Assembly: GCA_965203515.1 (NCBI GenBank)
Contig: OZ241907.1
Location: 2,048,001 to 2,112,000, forward strand
Direction of reading: 5' to 3'
Source: Spirochaetia bacterium
GTDB lineage: Bacteria > Spirochaetota > Spirochaetia > SZUA-6 > Bin103
DNA: 64,000 nucleotides
Below are positions 29,964 to 39,669 of this stretch, one piece after another. The notes under the pieces are model-generated. The model worked only from the letters and a program-made list of their open reading frames with translations. It was not told where the DNA came from and made no database searches. The translations under genes were made by a program, and so were the position numbers. The number at the start of each line of letters is the position of its first letter. Position 1 is the stretch's first letter.

Positions 29964-31127
29964 ATGGCTGCGGGCGTGACGGAGGTCGACGTGGCGTTGT
30001 GCGGCGGCGGCTTGCAGAGCGCCCTGATCGTCGCTGCCCTGCACGGGACCGGCTACGGAGGCAGCGTGGCGCTGGCCGAGCGCGAGCGGATCGGCGGCAA
30101 CCACACGTGGTGCTTCCATGCCGGCGACCTGTCGCCGGCGATGCGGCGCTACGTCGAGCCGTTCGTGGCGCACCGCTGGAGCTCCTACGAGGTGCGCTTC
30201 CCCGGCTACCGGCGGGTGCTGGACGCGTCGTACGCCATGATCTCCAGCGAGCGGTTGCGGTCGGTGGTGCTGCGCCTGTTGGCGCATCGCCGCGGGTGGA
30301 TGGGGAGCGAACACACGTCCGTCGCATCGCTCGGCGCCGGCGCGGTGCGGTTGGCCGACGGGCGCACGATCGCGGCACGGACCGTGGTCGACGCCCGCGG
30401 CGCGGCCGGCGCGGCCGGCGCGGCCGGCTATCAGAAGTTCTACGGAGAGGACCTCACCCTGCGGCATGAGCACGACCTGACCCGGCCGATCGTGATGGAC
30501 GCCACCGTCGAGCAGCGCGACGGATACCGGTTCATGTACGTCCTGCCGCTCGGCTCCACGCGGGCGCTGGTCGAGGACACCTCCTTCTCCGACGCCCCGG
30601 AACTGGACGACGACGAGCGCCGGGGGCGGATCGCCGCATGGCTCCGGGAACAGGGCTGGGAGACGCTCCGGGTCGAGCGCACCGAGCGCGGCGTGCTGCC
30701 GATGCCGCTGGCCGAAGCGCCGGCGGATCGAGCGGAGCCGGCGCCCGCCGCCGGAGACGCAGGAGCCGCCGTCATGCGGGGCGGCTACGGCGGCGGCTGG
30801 TTCCACCCCGGCACCGGGTACTCCCTGCCGCTGGCCGCCGAGCTCGCCGAGCTGATCGCCGCCACGCCGGCTGCCGACCTGCCGGCGGCGGTAGCCGCGG
30901 CCACGCGCGACCGGCGGCGGCGCGCCCGGTTCTGCCATCTGCTCAACCGGCTGCTGTTCCGGTGGTACCCGCCGGCAGCGCGCCGGGCCGTCTTCGAGCG
31001 CTTCTACCGGCTGCCCGAGTCGACGATCGAGCGCTACTACGCGATGCGGCTGCGCCCTTTCGACAAGCTGCGCATCCTGGGAGGCCGGCCTCCCGCCGGC
31101 CTGGCGATACCGGCCGGACGCCGATGA
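29964..31127 (+). CDS. crtY: Lycopene beta-cyclase
   Basis: GGGL, GGNHTWCFH, YQKFYG, PIVMDATVEQRDGYRFMYVLP, ERGVLPM, FHPGTGYSLP. Confidence 0.92.
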   Translation: MAAGVTEVDVALCGGGLQSALIVAALHGTGYGGSVALAERERIGGNHTWCFHAGDLSPAMRRYVEPFVAHRWSSYEVRFPGYRRVLDASYAMISSERLRSVVLRLLAHRRGWMGSEHTSVASLGAGAVRLADGRTIAARTVVDARGAAGAAGAAGYQKFYGEDLTLRHEHDLTRPIVMDATVEQRDGYRFMYVLPLGSTRALVEDTSFSDAPELDDDERRGRIAAWLREQGWETLRVERTERGVLPMPLAEAPADRAEPAPAAGDAGAAVMRGGYGGGWFHPGTGYSLPLAAELAELIAATPAADLPAAVAAATRDRRRRARFCHLLNRLLFRWYPPAARRAVFERFYRLPESTIERYYAMRLRPFDKLRILGGRPPAGLAIPAGRR

Positions 31128-31858
31128 CCGCCCGTACGACCGGCGCGCCGGAACGGCCGGGCGGCCGCGTCGCCGCCGACTTCGACCGCGTCGCTTCCGC
31201 CTACGACCTGCTGGTCGGCCTCAACCCCGGCTACCGCAGGCACCTGACGCGGAGCGCGGAACGCCTGCGGTTGCCGGACGACGCGCGCATCCTGGATCTC
31301 TGCTGCGGCACCGGACAATCGACCCTGGCGTTGCGCGCGGTCTACCCTCACGCGACGCTGTGCGGCCTGGACGCCGCCGCCGAGATGCTGCGGATAGCCC
31401 GCGCCCGCCCGCAGCTCGCCGGCGTAGAGCTCGTGCACGGCGACGCGATGGACCCGAGCGCGGCCGGCGTCGACGGTCCGTTCGACGGCATCCTGATGGC
31501 CTACGGCATCCGCAACGTCCCCGACCCCGACGCCTGCCTGCGGCGGATACGCCGCCTACTGGTTCCCGGCGCGCCGGTCTGCCTGCACGAGTACTCGGTC
31601 ACCGGCTCGCGCCGGAGCACCGCCGTGTGGAAAGCGGTGACCACGTCGATCGTCATCCCCGCCGCGCGCGTGGTGACCGGCGATGGCGGCCTGTTCCGCT
31701 ACCTGCGCGACAGCGTGCTGGCGTTCGACAGCGTCGACCGGTTGGAGCGCCGCCTGCGGCAGGCCGGCTTCACCGCGGTGCGTACGTTGCCGGCCCGCGG
31801 CTGGCAGCACGGCATCCTCCACTCCTTTCTGGCCCGCCGGCCGGACGCCGGCCCATGA
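31124..31858 (+). CDS. crtT: Class I SAM methyltransferase of crt clusters (CrtT-like)
   Basis: FDRVASAYDLLVGLNPGY, ILDLCCGTG, AYGIRN, GWQHGILHSF. Confidence 0.75.
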   Translation: MTARTTGAPERPGGRVAADFDRVASAYDLLVGLNPGYRRHLTRSAERLRLPDDARILDLCCGTGQSTLALRAVYPHATLCGLDAAAEMLRIARARPQLAGVELVHGDAMDPSAAGVDGPFDGILMAYGIRNVPDPDACLRRIRRLLVPGAPVCLHEYSVTGSRRSTAVWKAVTTSIVIPAARVVTGDGGLFRYLRDSVLAFDSVDRLERRLRQAGFTAVRTLPARGWQHGILHSFLARRPDAGP

Positions 31859-33300
31859 ACGGCGCGCCGCAGGTGGCGGTGGTGGGCGGCGGCATCGCCG
31901 GCATGGCGGCGGCGGTCGTGCTGGCCGAGCGCGGCATCCGCACCACCGTGCTGGAACGGCAGCCCTGGCTGGGCGGGCGCGCCGGGGCGTTTCCGGTCCG
32001 GCTCGCCACCGGCGAGACGGTGCAGATGGACCGCGGCTTTCATGCGTTCTTCCGCCAGTACTACAACCTGCGCGCGCTGCTGCGGCGCATCTCGCCGGAC
32101 CTCGACCTGCTGGAGCCGCTCGACGACTATCCGGTCATAGGTCCGGACGGGACGCGCCAGTCGTTTGCGCGCCTGCCCCGGCTGGCGCCCTGGAACATCG
32201 TCGCCCTCACTCGACGCACGCCGTCGTTGACGCTGCCGGCGCTGCGCCGGGTGCGGTTGCGCGCGGCGCTGTCGATGCTGGCCTTCGACGCGCGCCGCAC
32301 CTATGAACGCCACGATCGCCGCTCCGCGGCCGAATACCTCGACTCGCTGCGCTTCCCGCCGGCTGCCCGGCAACTGCTGTTCGACGTGTTCGCGCATTCC
32401 TTCTTCAATCCCGAAGGCGCCATGTCCGCCGCCGAGCTGCTGATGATGTTCCACTTCTATTTCACCGGAAACCGGGAGGGCCTGCCGTTCGACGTGGCCC
32501 GGCGGCCGTTCTCGACCGGCATCTGGGAGCCGATGCGCCGCTACGTGGAGGCGCGCGGCGCCACCGTCCGCACCGGCGCCGAGGTGCGCGGCGTTCGTCG
32601 CGCCGCCGGCCGTTGGGCGATCGACGCGGGCGGCGCTTCGGAAGCGGTCACGGCCGACGCCGTGGTGCTGGCGCTCGACGTGGCCGGGCTGAAGCGGCTG
32701 CTGCCCGCCACGCCGTTCGATCGCGGCGCCTGGGCGGCCGGCGCGCGCGCGTTGCAGGCGACCCTGCCGTTCGCGGTGTGGCGGCTGTGGCTGGATCGGC
32801 CCACGGCCGCCGGACGGGCGCCGTTCGCGGGCACGGCCGGGTTCCCCTTGCTGGACAACGTCTCCCTGTTCCATCTGTTCGAGGACGAGAGCCGCGCCTG
32901 GGCGGCCGAGCATCGCGGCTCGGTGGTCGAGCTGCACGCCTACGCGGTGCCGGACGGCACCGCCGAGGCGCGCGTCCGGAGCGCGATGCTGGACGGCCTG
33001 CACCGCCTGTATCCGGAGACCCGAGCGGCCCGGCCGCTCGACGAGGTCTACCTGCTGCGCAGCGACTGCCCGGCGTTCGCGCCCGGTTCGCGCGCGAGCC
33101 GTCCGGGCATCGACACGCCGTACGCGGGCATCTATCTGGCCGGCGACTTCGTGCGCATGGAGCAGCCGAGCGCGCTCATGGAGCGCGCGGCGGTATCGGG
33201 AATCGCCGCGGCGAACGCCATCCTCACGGCCGGAGGGCTGCCGCCGGAGCCGGTGGCGTCGATCCGCCGCAACGGCATCCTGCCGGCGGTGGCGGCGTGA
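31855..33300 (+). CDS. crtU: Isorenieratene synthase (beta-carotene desaturase/methyltransferase)
   Basis: GGGIAG, RGFHAFFRQYYNL, FAHSFF, SAAELLMMFHFYF, GSVVELHAYA, ALMERAA. Confidence 0.85.
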   Translation: MNGAPQVAVVGGGIAGMAAAVVLAERGIRTTVLERQPWLGGRAGAFPVRLATGETVQMDRGFHAFFRQYYNLRALLRRISPDLDLLEPLDDYPVIGPDGTRQSFARLPRLAPWNIVALTRRTPSLTLPALRRVRLRAALSMLAFDARRTYERHDRRSAAEYLDSLRFPPAARQLLFDVFAHSFFNPEGAMSAAELLMMFHFYFTGNREGLPFDVARRPFSTGIWEPMRRYVEARGATVRTGAEVRGVRRAAGRWAIDAGGASEAVTADAVVLALDVAGLKRLLPATPFDRGAWAAGARALQATLPFAVWRLWLDRPTAAGRAPFAGTAGFPLLDNVSLFHLFEDESRAWAAEHRGSVVELHAYAVPDGTAEARVRSAMLDGLHRLYPETRAARPLDEVYLLRSDCPAFAPGSRASRPGIDTPYAGIYLAGDFVRMEQPSALMERAAVSGIAAANAILTAGGLPPEPVASIRRNGILPAVAA

Positions 33301-34253
33301 GCGGCGACCGCCGCGAGCGCGGCTTCCTGTTCGGCCGGCCGCCCACGCGCGCCGAGTCCGTCGGCGAGTTGCAGCGGCTGCCCGATTGGCAGCAGTCCGA
33401 TCCCAAGTGGATCAAGTCGGCCGTGCGGCGGGCGATGGCGCTTCCCGCCGGCGGCTGGCACGTCATCGACGCCGCCCGCGCCGTGGGCGCGCGGCCGCGG
33501 CGCTACCGGATCGACGACCGGGAGCTGGTGGTGTGGCGCGGCGCCGGCCGCCTGCTGGTAGCGCCCAACGCCTGCCCGCACCTGGGGGCGTCGCTGGCCG
33601 ACGGACAGGTGCGCGACGGCTGCCTGGTCTGCCCGTGGCACGGGCTGACCCTCGACGAGCGCGGCCACGCCGGCTGGCGGGTGTTGCCGAGCCATGACGA
33701 CGGCGTGCTGCTCTGGGTGCGGCTGGACGGCGTGGAGCAGCCATCGGAGCAGCCCTTCCTCTGCGCGCGGCCGGCCGGCGGCATCGACGCGGTGGTCCGC
33801 ATGGAGGCGGCCTGCGAGCCGGAGGACGTGATCGCCAACCGCCTCGACCCGTGGCACGGCGCGCACTTCCACCCCCATTCGTTCGGCCGCCTGCGGGTCA
33901 TCGAACGGACCGTCGACAGCATCGTGGTGCGCGTGACGTATCGCGCCACGCGCCGCATGGGGGTGGAGGTCGACGCGCGCTTCGACTGCCCGGACCCGCG
34001 CACCATCGTCATGACGATCGTCGACGGCGAGGGCACCGGCTCCGTGGTGGAGACCCACGCCACGCCGGTCGCGCCGGGCCGCTCGGCCATCGTCGAGGCG
34101 ACCGTCGCCACCTCCGACCGGTTCGGCTTTCGGCTGGCCCGGCATGCCGCCGGACTGGTACGCAGAGGGATGCGGCGCCGAGCCCATCGACTGTGGGTCG
34201 AGGACGCCGCCTACGCCGAGCGCCGCTACGCCCTGCGCTGCGGCACCGTCTGA
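33297..34253 (+). CDS. crtV: Rieske [2Fe-2S]/DUF5914 protein (CrtV-like)
   Basis: ACPHLGA, CPWHG, CEPEDVIANRLDPWHG, GSVVETHATP, LWVEDAAYAERRY. Confidence 0.8.
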   Translation: MSGDRRERGFLFGRPPTRAESVGELQRLPDWQQSDPKWIKSAVRRAMALPAGGWHVIDAARAVGARPRRYRIDDRELVVWRGAGRLLVAPNACPHLGASLADGQVRDGCLVCPWHGLTLDERGHAGWRVLPSHDDGVLLWVRLDGVEQPSEQPFLCARPAGGIDAVVRMEAACEPEDVIANRLDPWHGAHFHPHSFGRLRVIERTVDSIVVRVTYRATRRMGVEVDARFDCPDPRTIVMTIVDGEGTGSVVETHATPVAPGRSAIVEATVATSDRFGFRLARHAAGLVRRGMRRRAHRLWVEDAAYAERRYALRCGTV

Positions 34254-34266
34254 AACGAGACCGGCA

Positions 34267-36156
34267 TCACGGCGCCAGCAGGCGGTAGGCGAATCCCGCC
34301 GCTTCGACCCGGGTGAGACACGCGGCGGACGGGGCAGAGCCGGCCTCATCGGAGTCGGCCTGCATGCCGCGTACGCGTAGCAGCTCGTTCCACTCAGCAC
34401 GCGTGACGCCGCGCCCGGCCGGCGCGCATTCCAGGATGCGGCGCGCCAGCGCGGAAGGCACGTTGCGCCCGCCGCGCACCGCCGCGATCCCGTCGACCCA
34501 GCAGGCGGCTTCGGCCAGATCCAACGGCTTGTCCGGCTGCGCGTCGTACGACGGAAAGAAGCCGTGCACGCCGAGCATCTGCAGTGCCGGCACGCACGCG
34601 CCGGCGCCGGGATTACCGTCGTTCAGAAAGGTGATCATCGCGCCGGATTCGACCAGCGCGCGCTGCACCTTGTGGACGTCGACCGCCGCGGCGGGCACTC
34701 CGTCGGCACCGGCCTGAGCCGCGGCGCGGCCGGCGGCTTCGCCGATCGGCACCATGGTCGGCTCGACCCGGATGGTTCCCCATCCCACGTGGCTGGCCGA
34801 ACAGCAGCCCGGCACCAGCAGATTGTCGACCTCCTGCGGAAGCAGGCAACGGTAGGGGACCTGTCCCGGTCGAGTCAGCTCGGTCATCAGGATCTTCCCC
34901 TCCCGGCTCGAACCGCCGATGGTGTCCCAGTGGCACTCGTGGGAGTCGAGCGCCCACTCGGTGACGCCGATGCTGTCCTGATGGATCGGCGCGCGATCCA
35001 GACCCGGCGCCAGGGTGCCGTCGTGCTCCGTGAACAGGTAGCGGCCGGCCAGGCGCCGCGCCTCCCGCACGTACATCTCATACGGGACGTTGTCGTTATC
35101 GGCGAACTCGTCCGTCGCCAAGCCCCATTGCCGCGCCCGGCGGCGCAGTTCCTCGGGTACGGCGGCATCGTTCTGGAGGAAGTGCAGCAAGCCCACCGCC
35201 CAGTCGCGATGGCACTCGAGGATGCGGTGGCGTTCCTGCCAGGAGGCGAGCGGATAGCGCCAGCCGCCCTCCGGCAGATTGGCGGCATTCCAGCTTATCT
35301 TGCGTATCGGGACATCGCCCGGAATCAGCCAGCGGTCACGCAGCTTGTGGAACAGTTCGGGGCGATACCGGTCCGGCTTGGCCGGCAGCCGCCTCTGCCG
35401 CGGATCGTTGGTCAGGCAGAGGCGTACGTTATACGCCTGGATCGCGGCATCGCCTTCGCCGGTCGAGCCGGCGCAGATCTCGCCGGTGATCGCGCCATAC
35501 GGCCGCAGGCGCAGTTCTCCCCGGCGCACGGCGCGCGGGTAGCCGTCACGGTCGGAGTCGCGGCGAAGAATCGAATAGATGCGTCCGGCGTGGAGCTCGT
35601 TCAACTCCTGCCGTGACTCTCGTCCCACGCGAAAGCGGACGCCGGCCGCCGCGTACAGATCTCCCTCGTAACTGGCATCGGCGAAGGTGGCCGCCTCGAT
35701 CTCGCGTTCGCCGCCGGCCCCGGCAAAGGCGGCGCCAAGCAGCATGCGTCCGGCGCGCATGACGCGCCGCGGCGCATGTTCCCGGAACAGGCACAGTCCG
35801 GAGGTCTCATCGACCAGTGCGTCGAGCGCCTTCTCCGCGACGTGGGGGGCGAAGTACGGATGGCGCGAAGACACGTCGGCCGGGTCCCACTGCGTGAGCC
35901 GGTACGCCTCGGAGTCGGCGCCGCTCTCGGCCCGGGTCAGCTCGCACATGCGCGCCACGATCTCGTCGTACAGCGGTGCCCGGGAGCCGTCGTAGACGGT
36001 GTCCAGCACTCCCAGGCCGTTCGTCCACATCCCGCCGACGTGGGCATGGTGGTGCACCAGAGCCACCGTCAATCCTTCCCGCGCGGCGCGCACCGCGCAG
36101 GCGATTCCCGCCGGCGTCGCGCCGTACACACACAGATCGAACCGATTCCCGCTCAT
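34267..36156 (-). CDS. FAD-dependent oxidoreductase
   Basis: VYGATPAG, DASYEGDL, YVREARR, VPYRCLLP, SASHVGWGTIRVEP. Confidence 0.9.
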   Translation of the reverse strand: MSGNRFDLCVYGATPAGIACAVRAAREGLTVALVHHHAHVGGMWTNGLGVLDTVYDGSRAPLYDEIVARMCELTRAESGADSEAYRLTQWDPADVSSRHPYFAPHVAEKALDALVDETSGLCLFREHAPRRVMRAGRMLLGAAFAGAGGEREIEAATFADASYEGDLYAAAGVRFRVGRESRQELNELHAGRIYSILRRDSDRDGYPRAVRRGELRLRPYGAITGEICAGSTGEGDAAIQAYNVRLCLTNDPRQRRLPAKPDRYRPELFHKLRDRWLIPGDVPIRKISWNAANLPEGGWRYPLASWQERHRILECHRDWAVGLLHFLQNDAAVPEELRRRARQWGLATDEFADNDNVPYEMYVREARRLAGRYLFTEHDGTLAPGLDRAPIHQDSIGVTEWALDSHECHWDTIGGSSREGKILMTELTRPGQVPYRCLLPQEVDNLLVPGCCSASHVGWGTIRVEPTMVPIGEAAGRAAAQAGADGVPAAAVDVHKVQRALVESGAMITFLNDGNPGAGACVPALQMLGVHGFFPSYDAQPDKPLDLAEAACWVDGIAAVRGGRNVPSALARRILECAPAGRGVTRAEWNELLRVRGMQADSDEAGSAPSAACLTRVEAAGFAYRLLAP

Positions 36157-36166
36157 CGTGGCATAC

Positions 36167-37072
36167 CTATCCCTTGACGGCTCCGATCTGTATCCCCTTG
36201 ACGAAGTAGCGCTGGATGAAGGGGTACGCGAACACGATCGGCAGCGTGCTGATGATGATCATAGCATATCGGATCGTTTGCGCGGGCGGCAGTTGCTCGA
36301 CGTCTATGTCCTGAATCGAATCGACATCGGTACCGGCGATCACCAGCGCGCGCAGGATATTCTGCACGGGCAGCTTGGCCACCGAGTTGATGTAGATGGC
36401 AGCGTCGAACCACGCATTCCAGTGAGCTACCGCATAGAACAGTCCGATGGTGGCGAAGGAGGGCGCGCTGAGCGGCACCACGATCGTCACGAGGGTGCGC
36501 AACGGGCCGGCGCCGTCGATCTCCGCCGACTCCTCCAACGATCGGGGTATCTGATAGAAGAAATTGCGCATGATCAGAAGGTTCCACGTGCTCACGAGAT
36601 TGGGCACGATCAAAGCTCCCAGGTTGTCGATCAGGCCGGTGGCCCTCACCACCAGAAACGTCGGTATCAAACCGCCGGAAAACAGCATGGTGAAGAACAA
36701 CAGCGCGGTGATGAGGGTGACGCCGGGCATCCGGCGCTTCGACAGCCCGTACGCCAGCGCCGCGGTGACCACCAGGTTCGCGGCGGTGCCAAGCACGATA
36801 CGCAGCGCCGTCACCCGGTAGGCGTTGATGACGATGGAGCCGGAGCTCAGCAGGTACCGGTACGCGGAGACGTCCAGGCGGCGAGGGACCAGAACGAACA
36901 CGCCGCGTTCCCGCAACTCCTGCTCGCCTACCAGCGACGAGGCCAGCACCAGCAGGAACGGCACCAGGAACAGCAGGCTCACCAGCGTCAGCACTCCATA
37001 GTTGAACGGCGTGAACATGCGTTCGGCGCGCGACCGCGGCCGCTCCGCTACGCGCGGCGCCGCCCGAATCAC
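36167..37072 (-). CDS. Carbohydrate ABC permease (LplC-like)
   Basis: FSGGLIPTF, EESAEIDGA, YPFIQRYFVKG; GTGA overlap with the upstream gene. Confidence 0.92.
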   Translation of the reverse strand: MIRAAPRVAERPRSRAERMFTPFNYGVLTLVSLLFLVPFLLVLASSLVGEQELRERGVFVLVPRRLDVSAYRYLLSSGSIVINAYRVTALRIVLGTAANLVVTAALAYGLSKRRMPGVTLITALLFFTMLFSGGLIPTFLVVRATGLIDNLGALIVPNLVSTWNLLIMRNFFYQIPRSLEESAEIDGAGPLRTLVTIVVPLSAPSFATIGLFYAVAHWNAWFDAAIYINSVAKLPVQNILRALVIAGTDVDSIQDIDVEQLPPAQTIRYAMIIISTLPIVFAYPFIQRYFVKGIQIGAVKG

Positions 37073-38004
37073 CACAACCCCGACTGACCGAGCTGCTTGG
37101 CCGTGCGGTCGGCGATCACCACCAACAGCAATCCGACGACCGACTTGAACACCCCGACGGCGGCGGCGTACGAGTACTGCACCTGCAGCAACCCCTCTCG
37201 ATATACGAAGGTGTCGATGATGTCCGCCACCTCGTAGACGCCGGGCGAGTAGATGTTCAGGATCAGATCGAAGCCCCCGTCGAGGATGTCGCCGATGCGC
37301 AGGATCAGCAGGATCACGATGATCGGCGCGATGGTGGGGATGGTGATGGCAAACACCTGCCGGATGCGGCCGGCGCCGTCGACGATGGCGGCGTCGTAGA
37401 GTTCCGGGTCGATGCCGGAGATAGCGGCCAGATAGATGATCGATCCCCAGCCCACGCCATGCCACATCCAGGTGGAGACGGCGATGATGCGAAAGAAGCG
37501 CGGCTCGCCCAGAAACAGGACTTCCTCGGCGCCCAGGCGCGTAATGATCAGGTTGAGCAGCCCGCCATCGACGGACAGGATGGCGTGCACCAGCGACGCC
37601 ACCACCACCCACGAGATGAAATGGGGCAGGTAGGAGATGGTTTGCGCCACCCGCTTGAACAGCAGGTTGCGCACCTCGTTCAGCAGCAGCGCGAGGATGA
37701 TGGCCAGCGTCGGCCCCAACATCAGCCGCAACAGGCTGAAAACCAGGGTATTGCGGACGATGTTCCAGAAGTAGAACGACGAAACGAAGCGGTTGAAGTA
37801 CTTGAGTCCGACCCACTCGCCGCCGAAGTATATCTCCCAAAATCCGCTCAACGGGGAGATATCCTTGAACGCGATGACCACCCCGTACATCGGCAGGTAC
37901 TTGTAGATCAGATAGTACGCCAAGCCGGGCAGCATGAGCAGATATACGCCGCGGTAGCGCGCGATGCGACGACGCAACGGACGGAGAGAAGGTGCCGTGG
38001 CCAC
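37069..38004 (-). CDS. Carbohydrate ABC permease (LplB-like)
   Basis: KYLPMYG, ISYLPHFISWVV, LYDAAIVDGA. Confidence 0.92.
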   Translation of the reverse strand: MATAPSLRPLRRRIARYRGVYLLMLPGLAYYLIYKYLPMYGVVIAFKDISPLSGFWEIYFGGEWVGLKYFNRFVSSFYFWNIVRNTLVFSLLRLMLGPTLAIILALLLNEVRNLLFKRVAQTISYLPHFISWVVVASLVHAILSVDGGLLNLIITRLGAEEVLFLGEPRFFRIIAVSTWMWHGVGWGSIIYLAAISGIDPELYDAAIVDGAGRIRQVFAITIPTIAPIIVILLILRIGDILDGGFDLILNIYSPGVYEVADIIDTFVYREGLLQVQYSYAAAVGVFKSVVGLLLVVIADRTAKQLGQSGLW

Positions 38005-38076
38005 GATCGGACCCGTGTGACCTCGGGCGGAAGGCAACCGCGCCGCCGGCCGGCGGCGCCGGCGGCGCGGCTCCCG

Positions 38077-39597
38077 TCAGCCGCCCTTGGCGGCGCCGCC
38101 CCTGGCGGCCCGGTACTGGCGGGTGAGCTCCGCGACCAACGTGTCGATGCCGAGCCGGCGCAGGTCGGCCACGAAGCCGTCGTAGGTGTCGAGAGAGCGC
38201 GCGCCGGTGATGAACTTCACCGTCTCCTCCCCGATCATCCGGTCGATGTCATTGTAGGCGCTGACGTTCTCGAGCAACTGCCCCGGATCGTAGACGACGT
38301 CCCAGTCGAACGGCCGCTTGACCCTGCTGAAGTCCCAGAAATGGGTGCCCAGGAACTCGTAGAACTCCGCGCGGTCCGGCGTGGCGGCGCCCGAACGCAC
38401 CGCGTTGACGATGCTCACGCCGACGGCCAGGTCGCCTTTGTACGAATCATCCAGCACGCTGAGGCCGGTGTCGTTCACGGTATCGGCAAACTCCCAATGC
38501 ACCCCCTGGATGCCGTGACGGGTGGTGAGATAGCCGTACGCCTGGTCCCATTGGAACCCGAGGTCGATGAACTGCATCGCCGCGTCGGGATGCCGTGAAC
38601 GCTTGTCGATCATCAACGCGCGGTCGCTGCCCTTGCGCATCGTCTCGGCAAGGCCTTCGGGCCCCGACAGCGGACTCATCACGTACTCCGCGGTCGGTAT
38701 TGCCGCTCGGAGGTGGTAGTGGTTGCGGTCGGCGATGCGGCCGGCGCCGGCAAGCGAGGCCGCGACGCGGTTGTCGCGCACCGCCTGATCGATGGCGGCC
38801 CGATTGACGATGGAGAACTCCTTGTACAGGTAGCCGTCGACGAACCAGCCGTTCATCGCCGCCAGGAAGTCCCGATAGCCGGGATGTATCTCCGGCGGGT
38901 TGATGGAACCGCGAGCATCCTGCCAGTTGGCGTAACCGCCGGGGATGAAGCCGCCGGCCACACCGGACAGCAGACCCGTGAGGTTGGCCATCAGCGGAAT
39001 GGTGGTGCCATTGCCGGCGGGATCGGCCTCCATCACCGCGGCCAGGAACGCCTCCAGCGACGTCACGTCGGTCGGGACCGCCATGTCGAGCTGCTCAGCC
39101 CAGTCGCGCCGCACGTAGAGCGGCTGGTCCGCGCGCGGGAAATCCGCCACAACCCCCCAGATGTTGCCCTCCGAATCGCTCATCAGGTCCCAGAACTCTG
39201 CGGGAAAGGCGTTCATCACGGTCGGACCATACTCGGGCAACACGTCGTTGATCGGTTGAATGGCGTCGAGCGCGCGGTACTTCGCCCAGGAGCTGCGGAA
39301 GATGTCGAGCTGCTCACCGGATGCGAGGAGCAGTGTCAGCTTCTCCTCAGCCTCGCCGCGCGGCGGCAGGACCGGATGTACCAGCACGCCGATCTGCTCC
39401 AGGATCCAATCCTGCACCAGCTTCACGCTTTCCGGCGCGGAAGCGTTCTCTTCGTTCAACGAGAACGCGTAGAAGTATATCTCCGGAGTATCGCCGGCGG
39501 CGGACGCCTCGGCCGATGGCGCCGCGACCGCTGCTACCGGCGCCCACGCCAACGCGCCGAACGCCAGAACGATCGCTTTCATCATGGTCTTGTTCAT
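38077..39597 (-). CDS. Extracellular solute-binding protein
   Basis: GGAGG RBS, signal peptide, LLLASGEQLD, VRRDW, KFITG. Confidence 0.88.
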   Translation of the reverse strand: MNKTMMKAIVLAFGALAWAPVAAVAAPSAEASAAGDTPEIYFYAFSLNEENASAPESVKLVQDWILEQIGVLVHPVLPPRGEAEEKLTLLLASGEQLDIFRSSWAKYRALDAIQPINDVLPEYGPTVMNAFPAEFWDLMSDSEGNIWGVVADFPRADQPLYVRRDWAEQLDMAVPTDVTSLEAFLAAVMEADPAGNGTTIPLMANLTGLLSGVAGGFIPGGYANWQDARGSINPPEIHPGYRDFLAAMNGWFVDGYLYKEFSIVNRAAIDQAVRDNRVAASLAGAGRIADRNHYHLRAAIPTAEYVMSPLSGPEGLAETMRKGSDRALMIDKRSRHPDAAMQFIDLGFQWDQAYGYLTTRHGIQGVHWEFADTVNDTGLSVLDDSYKGDLAVGVSIVNAVRSGAATPDRAEFYEFLGTHFWDFSRVKRPFDWDVVYDPGQLLENVSAYNDIDRMIGEETVKFITGARSLDTYDGFVADLRRLGIDTLVAELTRQYRAARGGAAKGG

Positions 39598-39669
39598 GGC
39601 AAACGTACCTCCGGGCAGGAGGCTACCTCGACGGCGCCGCCGGCGCAAATGAGTCGGCGGCGTTGGTCG

